From NCBI GenBank assembly GCA_030704615.1, contig CM060733.1:55676001-55740000 (forward strand): 64,000 nucleotides of DNA. The letters are read 5' to 3'. A program made the position numbers and the translations under genes. The stretch is from Takakia lepidozioides (lineage: Eukaryota; Plantae; Bryophyta). This document shows positions 37,449 to 49,558 of this stretch, in pieces; position 1 is the stretch's first letter, and every line of letters starts with the position of its first letter. A model generated the notes under the pieces. It had not been told where the DNA came from, did not search any database, and saw only the letters and a program-made list of their open reading frames with translations.

Positions 37449-40400
37449 TTAATCTTGAAAATCATCCGAATCCTCATCCTGTTCTAGACTGTCCTGCTCC
37501 GCCTCCACCCCCTCAGTGCCTTTCTCATCTCCAGCGGACTGCTCGTTGGCCAGGCTTTCGAAAATCCCATCTTCCCCTTGCGGAACTGTCCATCTCACCT
37601 CCGTTGGGTCGTCTTCCTCCCTGTCTGCGTCGCTCTCATCCGCTGAATCACATATGTACTTTCGTACCCGTCTACCTGTCTGAGCTGCTGCCAACTCTTT
37701 CCTTATCCTTCTGTCCTCCCTAGCCCTCTCCAAAATCTGCTCTACTTTACTGGGATTCTCACTTCTTCTAATCGCTGTATTTGCGAGTTTAGCTGCATAA
37801 CTAGGAAGGGAGTAGTAGTCCCTCACCGGGCTCGTCATGAAGTCGGCCCTCGCAAAGAACGGGACATTCTTCCTGGCAGGAAGTGTAGGCCCTACATGTT
37901 TCGACCCGGACCCTGCAATCCTGCACATGACAATCATCAACGAGACTAATGAGAACCACAGTCGGGAAATTCGTTTGACATAAATGACCCAGAAGGCTTT
38001 GCAAACTTACAATGTTTGCACTCACTCGTATTCCGGGTTCTCCTCCGCATCAATGTCCACTGTGTCTTCCTCGGACTCCGACGAATCCGAGGAGACTTCC
38101 GCTCTGTCGGGAGCCTTCACATTCCGTTGCAGCCCTTCCAGATGGGATCCCCACACGGATGAATCCTCCTCGTAGGCAAAGAGGTGCCGGTCGGAAAACC
38201 GCCCAGCCCACATTGAGGCACCTGTTACAATGCCATCCACACATTACCACATGGCGCTTCAGATGTTGCGAACTACATCCTAACGAGAATTTGCAGAACA
38301 GCATAGATCAAGATTCTGCATACCTGTCCCACAGATGAGGTCGAGCACTGTGCCCTCCACGTCTGTGCATGTCTCCATAATTGTCTGAATGAAGGCAGGG
38401 CTCCGAGTCCGTGAGTACCGCAGGGGTTCCGTTGAAGTGAGGCTATGAGGGAGAAGTTCCTTGGGAACGTTGTTGAACAGAACGTCGTAATCGAGTGGGT
38501 CGCAGTTCGGGTCAACCTTTCCTCCCTCCTTCCGGAAAGCAAAGGTGGAGTTCTCCTTCACAAAGCAGTATGCATCGAACTGCTTCGTCTGCATACACGG
38601 GGGAAAACGATTAGAAACCGAATGCGGCACCGCATTTGAAAACACCCAAGCAAATGAATGGACGAGTGCCAGTGTCGTAATCACCTTCTTCCCTTCCGAC
38701 CGAAGGCCCAGTGTGTTGATGCACGTCCACTTCTTTTTCAGAATCGGGACGGCGCTCTTGCGGGTCCACTTCGCAATTCCTGTCTGAGTGTTTTTTCCTC
38801 TGCTCGCCAGGACAACCACACAGCCTCTGTCGTCCAACACCATGCGGGCAAGCCCGAATCCTTTCTTCCAAAAGTCCTCCGAGTACCTGTTCCAAGATGG
38901 CAAAGCTTGCAGTCCTTCCACAGGCTCTCCGTCCGGAATATCCAAGATGATCATATCGCAAGACCACTCGGTGGCATTTCCGCCCCTCCTACAATCCTTG
39001 TCTGCACACACCCTCTCAAAGAACGAGACCATATTCTGAAATCCTGGGGTGTCGGAAGGCTCTTCGGCAGTCGCCTTCTTCAGTGCTCTGCCCTTCAGAC
39101 CCTCCATGGTCTTCATGTATGCCAACTTGGCTGCCCGTCCATCCAAAGCCGCCAAGAAACTCTCATTTACACACTGGACTACTGTTTCGGGAGCCACTTT
39201 CGGCCTCTTCATTTCCACCGGCTCGAAAGGGTGCCCCCCTGGGGGGTTGAAGAGTGCCTTCTTTGCCGAGCCAGTTCTCGTGCCTCTCGTGACAACGGTG
39301 GGCACAGGGGAGGCAGCCTGCGTTTGGGGGGGTGGGCTGGTTGCAAAGTCTCCATCGGAGTCCTCTTCCTCACCCTCTTCCTGAACAGGCTGTTTCTGCT
39401 TCTTCGTTTTGGCGGGTGTCACAACAGCTGCTCCTTGCTGGCGAGTCCTCTTCTTCGACCCCTTCTGTTGGGCCTGCACAGCTGCATCCACCGTTTTGTG
39501 CCATCTCAGCTGCCTTTGGATTCTTCCAGAGCAGCAGATTCCTTTGCCGACTTTGGCCCAGCAGGGACACGTCTTTCCTTTCTCTTCTCTTCTGCCAAGG
39601 CGTGCAGATCTTTCTCAGACTCGTCAACAATACCGCCAGACATGTCCAGGTACCACGGGCATCCAACGAGATGCGCGGGATGCCATTGTTTCTGCATCTC
39701 GGGTGTGTAGACACAGCTTGGGCCCGCCACGGTCCAAGCCATGAAGAACGGGGGCTCTTGAGCCAGGGCCCCTGTCTGAAGGAGCACGTATTTCATATAC
39801 CTGCAAGGCAGTCAGCATGCGTGAGCAAAAGTTGAGACCAACCTACTCGCAGAGTGCCACCGAAAACATAAAATGCGAATGCGGTGCCGCATTTCCGAGA
39901 CAAACCTCGTAACCAGGCTTCGCATACAAGGGCAGCTGTGCTTCACCTGTAAACAATTCGCATTGCAGCTTTCCCGCTCCCTCCTGATGTGTAAACTCCA
40001 CGCTCCTTCTTGCTGTCTGTAGCTCTCTGGCGAAAAGGTTGTCCTTGTACGCACATCTGAAACGTGTCACGTAGTCTTCCAATGTCTGTGTTCCATCCCA
40101 TTTGACGTACAAGCCGAACGAATTTGTGTGCATTACGACTTGCTCCTTCGCATTCGACATTACCTGCGATTCCCAAATGCATTGTCACGTAGCAGTTCAG
40201 GGAATTCATGTCAGAAAAGCAAATCTGGGGAAGTACCTTGAATTACCTGGAACCACCAAGTCATACGGTTGAGCCACACATCCACTGCAGGGTCGGAAAC
40301 TTCCAGTGGAAAAGACCACATTGTCCTTATGCTCTCGGATGCATTCCAGATCGACAGCCACCGTGTCTGCCATTTCCGATCCAATGTCAGGAGCTGGAAG

Positions 40401-41640
40401 AGAGTGGCTATTGCTAGGAAGGAACTTCAGTGCATTGAAACCTCACCTTCTCTTTCGCCTCCACACATGCCGTTGAGAGGTGATGCAGTTTCTCCAATTG
40501 CATGGTCGGCTGCATGGCCCGAGAATAGTGTTTTGCAATCTCGGGGATGAAGTCCTTTCCAAGTGCCGGATCTGCAATTGCCACCAGCTTCACAAGCTTT
40601 GACTTGTATTTGGTTCTGGACTTGACACCGGCTTCCTTCAAGTGCTCAGTCAATGACTGCAACGTTTTGACCTGCCCCTCACTTTCCATGAAGAAGCGTT
40701 TGGCATGGGCCAAATCCAGCTTGATGTTTGACTGCCAACAAAAACATGCAGAAGCGTTACATTCGATTCATGTGGAAAGATTACTGGAAATTGGGGAAGG
40801 ATGAGCAGAGGGAAATTGGAGGACGACTTACTTCGTATATCACCTCCACCATTCCATCCATAGTGAGACGATACCATGTCCGGTCTGTTTTTGCAACGGC
40901 TTTCTGAATGAGCTCGGGCTCCAGCATTTCCGCAAACATCTGCGGATCAGTGAGACCAGTTTTCCTCACCCTGTACAGCATATGTGCCATGTGGGTATGC
41001 ACGTACGCATTCTCAGTGACCCTGCAAGGCACACTCTCCAGTTCAGTACACGGAAGCACGGAAAACAAACCAGAATGGAAACCGAAATGCGGCACCGCAT
41101 TTCGAACGTGCTAGGGAGGGTATGAGTATCTTACGAGTTGAGGTCCGCCATGGCATTCTTGAGCAGGGAGGAGTCTGCCGCCTTCACCTTGAGGATGACA
41201 CACTCCACCATGTAATGCCAGCCAATGTGCTTGGCATGGTTCTGCTTGATGTACTCCCACCAGGCGAGAAGTCGGTGATTCCCGTCCCACACAAAGAACA
41301 TTTTACCCGACATATGGCCGAAGTCTGGATCACCCTTCAGCGTCGCCTCGAATTCGTGGTTGCGAGTGTGCCAGTGGGTATCCCACGTTGACAATTCATC
41401 GGCAGTGGGTCCACGAGTTTCGCCGTCCTCATTCTCAATGGAAACGTAAACGCTGCCGATCCCAGACGGTACCCTTCTCGAAATGCGAACTTGAGCTTAT
41501 CCACATCTCCGGGAAGGGCCTGCCTGACGATGGGAAGGGAGACCATGCGACAGAGTGGGATTCGAAGAGTCCGCTGGAATACCCTGCTGCCCAGAACTCT
41601 GCCAATGCTACTGTGTGTCTCCTCCAACATTTTATCCGCT
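37449..41640 (-). CDS. 3' exons of ParB-like + beta-class N4C/N6A DNA methyltransferase-fold gene (copy 2)
   Basis: DGNHR domain near 41290. CDMIILDIPDG at the motif IV position (~38930-38960). Spliced TRSPAFIQTIMETCTDVEGTVLDLICGTG|ASMWAGRFSDRHLFAYEED corresponds to motifs X-I-II. Introns 38222-38323, 38589-38684, 39801-39905. Confidence 0.78.
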
Positions 41641-44600
41641 CTCACAGGGGTCGGTGGTGGAGGCTGTGGAAGCGGAAATGGTTCTCTGGGGACGTCAGTG
41701 CGCTGCACCATCCGAAATCCTGCGGCGGTAAGGGCGTCGGCCTCAACCTGACTCAGATCGCAGCCTGGTTCCACCGGCCACACCGGGGGAGCCTGGCATT
41801 GTTTGTATGCCGTACTTGGGCTTTCCATACACGCAAGTCATAATGTCGTGCCTGCAGAACCAGAACTGGGTGGTTGTCGCCTCCGCAAACTTTGCATGGA
41901 CAAATCTTCCTGTAAAAGTAGGAGCAGGGACAGCCCCATCTGGATTCCTCCTTATCATCTCTAAACAACGTTGCCGTGTATCCACACGAATTGCGGAACA
42001 CCTTCCTCGAAACGACGGCTTTGTGCGAGCAATTCTCCACTGTGATGCAGACACAGTCGTCTCCACAATGGCTTGGCCATACTGCATAACAGCGGGCGGA
42101 ATATGGGGCAAGGGAGCGGTGGGAATTTTTGCACGAAATCCCGGTTGAAGGCGACGGCGATCTGGAATTTCTTGGGCTTCCACTGCTGGAAGACATTGTG
42201 CGGCAACATGACGGGACCTCGAGGTGCTGTCCGAATGTTCCTGTCGGATCTCCAGGAATCCTCTTCGCACCCGGGTTCCTCTTCAATCCTCCGCCTGACA
42301 GGGCGAGTCCGGACGTCCCCCTCTAGGTGTTCACCTCTGCGGTGCAGAGGCGTCCCTTTGATCTTTCTCGCAATGCTGTCGCCCATTTCACTGGATTCTT
42401 GGACCTCGAAGCTGTTCGTACCAACAATTCCTCCCTGTCCGGCCCAAAGCCCCATTGTTTGCCGCTCAGGAACTTGTAGTACGTGGCTTGCTGCATGATT
42501 GCTCTGTCGATGTCCTCCGTTGTGGCCGTCACTACGTCCACCAGATGTGCGGCAGAAGACGCTCGCCAGGAGGAGTGGACCGATTCTGCCATATTCGTGT
42601 TCGGCATGTCCGTGTCGGAATCCAAGCACCGCTCCTAGAAGGACACAAACAATGGTGAGGGACCAATCGAAATGTCCGTAACAGAAAGACAAATGAACGA
42701 AATTGACAGCAGCCTACCTCCCGCATGTACTGTCCGAACTGTCGATACCGAAAATGCCACCACCCCAACCAGCTGTGCAATGCTCCCAGATTGGTTGTCT
42801 CCACTGCACCTGACGTGTTCCACCAAGCCTCGATGATAGCAAACTTAACCTCCGCGTCATCAAATGTGGGTGCATCCTTCCACGCCGTACAAAGGACACG
42901 GGTTCAGCCTGGAATGAGCTAGCAACAAATTTGGTAGTGTAGTGGGATAGACTCTGCATCCAATGGAATCCACAGGATCTCTCTTTCCCCTCCATTGGAA
43001 CATTGGGGTCCTCACCGTACACACGCCGCACCGCTGCCCAGTTGGCCTGAGCGTTGTCTGCCATGAATCCCCTGAAATTGGGCTCTGGCAATCCCGCCCT
43101 TGCCATCTGCTCGTTTATGCCCTCCCACAGATGCATCTCGGACTGTGTGTCCTCCCCTTTCATCTCGCAGATTGCAATCGTCATGAGCCTCTTGGAGTGA
43201 TAGTCATAAACATGCGCACCCATAGTCACCCACTGATGGTTTGTAATTCGCTTGATGTGATCAAACATCACCCAAGCATTCGACAAGTTTCCAGTTGTCA
43301 TGCGAGTGACCAAGTCGACTCCACTCCCAGGCCCACACGTCGACATTTTGAAAATGTAACAACGATCGGATTCGCTGCCTTGCCCTGGAAACCTGCTACC
43401 TTGGATGTAGTCATATCCAGTCATTCGTTTCACCTCCAGGATTGAGTACATGTCCGACCCCCTGCCGAACTCCTGCTTGCAAGATACGATGTGATTCCGC
43501 ACATTCGGACTACAAACGTGCGAGACGGACTCCAAGAGGTCACGCATCTCGTCTTCGGTCAAGGGCTCTCGGTCGGAACCATCTTCAGACATGATTTTGC
43601 CAAGAGCAATCTTGTGGGCTGCCTTCAGCTGAATCTGCTTTGGTCTGGCTCCGGGGCTCAATTTCACCTCCTCTTTTATGATGTCGTGTGCTTCCTGCAC
43701 AGCCTCACGCATGTTGCCTCTCGCCAAGGGGTGGCAGTGGACCCCAACGTGTATGCAAGCTCTAGTCAAGTCCGGGAGCAAATGGATTACGTAATATTGC
43801 TTGGCTCTGCACATGGACATGCACGTCGGTGGTTCTTTGCAATGTGCACACTTGAAAGAACCCGCAGGAGCTTGGCTGGAGACAATGAATGGATGATGCG
43901 TTGTGCCAGTCCAATCCGTCTCGTTTCTCCGCCCTCCTTTGGAGAGAAAGTGGAAGCAGGTGGGATTGAGGCACCTCAGCTTCCCCGCACAGAGGACATA
44001 TCGTACACGAACACCATCAGCAATTTTCGTGCTACTGGTCTTCGTCACACACCAGGGGTGTCCGTCATGTTTTCGATCCATGTCTATTAACATCCCGAAG
44101 GCTTTATTTGGCGAAGAAACAGGTGGAAACTCGAAGATGACATTCGACATCGACTTCGGGAGGCAGAAAAGTTACCTTTCTTTCTGACTGGGAATTTTGG
44201 CATAGTCGAGCAGCCAGCTCGGAGCGAACCATCGAGGTGATGTTTGTCGAGGAGCGCCACAATGGACCGTTGGAGTTATGCTGGAGGGCACATTCGTAGC
44301 ACCGACGAGACGTCCATGCCGGATTTGAATGACCGTGTGAGGACATGGTACCTCAATGCAATCATCTTCCTTGTCGAAATGTCGAATACGTCCACACGAG
44401 AAGCTATGGAGGTCTTGACGTCCAGGTCGGGAATGATTATCGTTTGCATACCTCTCTGTTGGCAGTGGCCGCCTCTCCCTCTCGTTTTCCGGACTCCTTT
44501 GTGGATGTTGTGGGCAGCGACTGATTCGGAAAGGGAATGGGCATTCCCACAGCTCGGTACAGGATGGTGTCTGACGGGAACGTGCCATTCGATTCCGCAA

Positions 44601-44813
44601 CCTCCATCGTTACCCTAGCACGACAATGTTCTCGTCAACCTGTCCAGGAATCATCCTTTCTCTTCTTCTTCCAAATAAACTGCCGCGGTTTGAGCTTGAT
44701 TTGGAACAAAGGTAAGTTTCAGTCACTCTCTGCAAAGTCCTCCCTCGTTTTGGGATCCAGGCTCTCCCAAGTTGCGGAGGACAGCAAACTATAGCGTAGG
44801 AATTCGGAGCCAT
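41641..44813 (-). pseudogene. Inverted transposase of copy 2 (GCM-like + DDE, SWIM cut off)
   Basis: Reverse complement of 4774-7952. Many indels in 44100-44900. Confidence 0.9.
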
Positions 44814-45236
44814 CGAACACCGCACGAGTTTAAGTGCGAGGTTCAGTATAGCGACACCAAGGCTCACAGGCACCATCTAAGTGGATCTGCGGAGTCCATC
44901 GACGATTGGAAGTCGCACATTGAAGTGGAAAGTATTGTTTCAAGCTACATGTGTGAAGTTGGGAGGTTTGATTCCATAGCTAGCAAGTATGACAATGATG
45001 GGCCGATTCGGCGCGAAAATAACATCTCCTGACAGTTTCTCCTGAGGGTGGATCCAGCAGTATTCTCGGTGCAGACAGGAACGTTCGCACTGACAAGTGC
45101 CAGTACGTTAGTTAAACGGTCAGACAACCAATTGTTGTCTCATCAAGACTGGCCGCAATTGTGTTGTTTTCGGAACAATGCAACCATTCAGGTTTCCAGA
45201 TTTCCGTCCCGAGTGATTCTTTTGATTGCTGGTGGA

Positions 45237-46982
45237 CGGAAATACGGCGCCCGCATTTTCGTATTGCATCTTGGTCATGCACCAAGCGACGGAAATGCGA
45301 CCACCGAGTTTCCGTCCGGGGAAACCTTTATACTCTCCAAAACGGAAATGCGTAACGCATTTCCATCCAGCAAGCACGGTATGTGAAGGTGGAACGGAAA
45401 TGCGGTACCGCCGCATTTCCGTTCTGATTGAGATTTATGAAAAACGGGAACAGAAATGCGGCACACCGCATTTCCGTCCGAGTCGCACTTTTCCAACATT
45501 CCAGAACGGAATGCGGCGCCGCATTTCCATTTTGTATCTGATGCATGGAGCTGAGGGATAGAAATGCTGCAGCATATTTCCGTCCTTAAAAGACATTCAT
45601 ACTCTCCCATAACGGAAATGCGGTACGCATTTCCATCCACCAAGCACAGTATGTGAAGGTGGAACGGAAATGCGGTACCGCATTTCCGTTCTGATTGAGA
45701 ATTATGAACAACGGGAACAGAAATGCGGCACCGCATTTTTGTCCGAGTCGCACTTTCCGACATTCTAGAACGGAAATGCGGCGCCGCATTTCCATTTTGT
45801 ATCTGATGCATGGAGCCGAGTGCGATTCCGACAGCTTCATACAGCGCAATTCCGACCGCTTGAGACATTCATACTATCCAGAACGGAAATGCGGTACCGC
45901 ATTTCCGTTCTGACTGAAAATCGTGAACCATCTGAACTGAAATGCGGCAGCATATTTCCATCCGAGTCGCACCTACCAACATTCCAGAACGGAAATGCGG
46001 TACCGCATTTCCGTTCTGACTGAAAATCGTGAACCATCGGAACTGAAATGCGGCAACGCATTTCCATCCAGGTCGCACTTCCCAACATTCCAGATCGGAA
46101 TGTATTAGATTCAAAAGGGAAATGCGGCACCGCATTTCCGTTCTGATGAAATATCCTGAAACATCGGAACTGAAATGCGGTACCGCATTTCCGTCAGAGT
46201 CGCACCTTCCGACATTCCAAAACGGAAATGCGGCGCCGCATTTCGTTTTGTATGTGAGGCATGGAGCTGTGGAACGAAAATGCGGCACAACATTTCCGCC
46301 AGCGTCAGACGTTAATACTCTACAGAACGGAAATGCAGTACCGCATTTCCGTTCTGACTGAAATCGTGCGCAACGGGAACAGAAATGCGGCACCGCATTT
46401 CCGTCCGAGTCGCACCTTCCGACATTCTAGAACGGAAATGCGGCGCCGCATTTCCGTTTTCTATATGGGGCCTGGAGCTGTGCTACGGAAATGTGTTGCC
46501 GCATTTCCATCCATGTGAGACCTTCAAACTTTCGAGACCGGAAATGCGGCACCGCATTTCTGTCCAGGTGAGACCTCTATACTTTCCCGAACGGAAATGT
46601 GGCACGCATTTCCATTCATCAACTAACGTATGTGAAGGGGGAACGGAAATGCGGTACCGCATTTCCGTTCACATTGAAAATCATGAACCACGGGAACTGA
46701 AATGTTGTTCCTCATTCCCGTCCGAATCGCACCTTTCGACATTCCAGAACGGAAATGCGGCGCCGCATTTCCCTTTTGAATCTCATACATGGAGCTGTGG
46801 GACGGAAATGCGGCACCGTATTTCCGTTCACAACTAAGGTATGTGAAGGTGGAACGGAAATGCGGTGCCGCATTTTCTTCCAACAAGTACGGATGTGTAG
46901 CTTCGTGATGGTACTTAACGGAAATGCGGCGCCGCATTCGCATTTTCGCTCCAACTCATCAGACGCTGGGACGGAAATGCCT
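45237..46982. repeat. Inverted copy of the 53-bp palindrome array
   Basis: Reverse complement of 2657-4360 with small indel differences. Confidence 0.95.
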
Positions 46983-47219
46983 TGAAATGTGAACACGTGG
47001 AGCAACGGAATTGCTGCACATGTCGGCACTCTATCTGACTGAAGGGCATGAGGCGGCGCGGCCTGACGTTGGATAATGATGTTTGTTTTTCGGACGGCAG
47101 GCGTTCCCTGAACGATTCGAATCTCGTAATGACGCAAACTCCACGAGGAGACACTTTCGTCCAACCCTTTCGAACCCAAGTGGTGCATCATCACCGCCGT
47201 TTCATCTACTTTTGTCGTG

Positions 47220-48287
47220 TCTCCTCAGTCACCCCTCTCGCGCCCTTTCCCATATGCACTCTTTGGCCCTTTTCCCTCTCTCTGTTCTTCTTATGCTCGA
47301 ACCTGAGAGGGGGGGAGTTCGTGCACCAGACAGGAGACCTCGTCGCAAGCTCCGGAAATTATACTTCGGATGTAGGCCAATGCCGAAGGGGAGGAAGCAG
47401 ATGCGTCTACAGGAGGAGATTGACATCTCCGAGTAGCAGGCCACTCAGGCAACCCAGCCACCAGTGAGAGCTCCATGCAATCGGGCTGCGCGCAGCTGAT
47501 CGAGCACCGAACCCCCCATTTTGCTTCTGTAATTCTTAGACTGAATGCTAGGAGACTTGAATGCAGAACATGTTTGCATGCCTAACAGGAAAGGTGGACG
47601 TGCTGGAGGGATCGCAGGAATCCGAAGAGCCGCGGAAGAGTCCGAGGAGCTAGCTGCAGCACTTACACCCACCCGATCCCCGAGCGCGGTATTCCTGCCG
47701 GGCCTAGCCCTGTGCGATTCAAAGACGCGTCTTCGAAGGGCAAGTTCAAAGCGCGTTCTTCGGTCATGGAGAATTGCCAGCAGGGGTCGGGCCCTTCTCC
47801 AGCAAAGTCAAAGAAGAAGCAGCCCGTCCCTCTACTGGCTTCTGAACCGGCTCAGGCCGATTCACCCCCCCCCAACGCGAATGAAGCAGCAGGGTAGAAG
47901 ACAGATTCAATTGCAGCAGACACCTTCACCTGCAAGGATGAGGAAGCAGAAAGCAATCAGGGCGACGGGCGAACAATCTCCCGCAAAACCGCTTCCACGA
48001 GCTGAAGCTCAGTTCCTGGAGGATTTCCCGCCTGCAGATGTTGGGGCCGACTCTGCTGCAGCGAAGGCAATGGGATCGACCGTTGATCTCGATTTGGTAC
48101 CGGAGGAGGGTGCTGCCGCTCAACGTTCGCAGCAAGACCTCACCACCGATGAGCAAGCAGGCCCGGAGGAGGCCTCTGCAATGGCAGAATTGCCCGCAAA
48201 CAGGCCCCAGAGTGCAGCTCCAGTTGAGGATGCTCCAACTGCTCAGCCACTACCGGCACCTACAGACATGTCTCCGGAGGATTTCAA
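47220..48287 (+). pseudogene. Inverted 5' part of the ParB-MTase gene
   Basis: Reverse complement of ~1301-2386; reading ends at ...DMSPEDFK. Confidence 0.8.
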
Positions 48288-48706
48288 ATGGGACACGACA
48301 GCTCTAAGCATCCTACACACCATTGGGGGAAACCGAAGAGGCGGCGACCTCCCTCAAAAGTGAACGAGACAAGGATGGGGAATGCACTTCGGATGAACTG
48401 TACAATCCAGAGCTCGACAGAAGTGCCCCCACCAGGCTTCGGGCGTGTTTATCAGATGGCCACGGCGGGCTCAGCTGTTCGCAATGAGGTGTACACCATC
48501 ACCATTTCAGAATTACCCACCTGCAATTGCACCGACTTCCAGATCATGGCGAACAAGGGGGCATCATACTGCCCTTGCAAGCATTTGTACTACGTGTACC
48601 TAAAGAGACTCCGTTGTAATTCCACAACTCATCACTTCATACATGCACCAGGGTTGAGCCCCAGGAGGTTCACACTCTTCTGAATATGGATCCAGGGGAC
48701 CAGTGA
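48288..48706 (+). pseudogene. Detached SWIM-finger C-terminus of the transposase
   Basis: Matches 7960-8379; CNCTDF...CPCKH. Confidence 0.88.
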
Positions 48707-49558
48707 GCTTGGCTTGCGGTCCCGATACAATGGTACGCCATCCTTTTCGGATAGTAGAACTGTACTGCTGCCAGTACCTCAGACTCTGGCCACAGAAAGG
48801 TCCGACATATGTCTTGCCTACTAGTAACCTGTTTTGCTCGAACTAAGATATTACTATATCGTTCACTTGCTTCCACGTGCATGTATTTTTGTATGTTGGA
48901 GGGTTCATGTTTTTCTGCTTTCCGAAAACTTGCTTTCCTCATTCGACCTCCGACAAGGAAATGCGGCGCCGCATTTCCAAGTATCGTCGTAGGTACTGGC
49001 AGAGGCGGCCTTCGCCAACACCAAACCGCTCCAAAATTTCGCACGTGCGAACCCTAATGCGGCACCTTATTTCCCAGTTCAGTTGCAAACCTTTCCCGCC
49101 GAATACCCGAAGAAGACAGAATTGTGAAGTACTGCAGACTGTATTGGTGCAGACTCCATTGGTTCAATCGCGGCAAAAGGGTCAGCTTCATTCCAATGTT
49201 AAGGCATGTAAAACCGCGGAATACTCTATACAGGCCAGTATGCGACATCATTTTGCAGTGGTATACTGGATTTCCCGTTGCACGGTCACTTATTTCCATG
49301 AGCGGATCTAAAAAACCATGAGCGGACTTGTTACTGACGACATATCTTTCGCCGCATTACATGATCTGGAACGTCCAAAAACGGCAAGGTCAAAAAAAAA
49401 AACTATTATTTTAATACTTGTTTAATCTGCCGCATTTCCAAATTTGGAGGAGTCCGCTCATGAAATCCGCGTATCTTAGACTTCGGCTCACCGCTCATGC
49501 GGCTCATGCGGCTCATGGCTCATGGCTCATGGTTTCTGCTCATGAAATAGTAAACCTC

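Larger units (their letters stand above)
34346..49558 (+). mobile_element. MULE copy 2, both termini present, internal inversion 41641-48287, no TSD
   Basis: Imperfect TIRs with CATGAGC subrepeats at both ends. Near-identical to 1-9230. Flanks GGCCTGCGT and CAAACACTC do not match. Confidence 0.9.
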
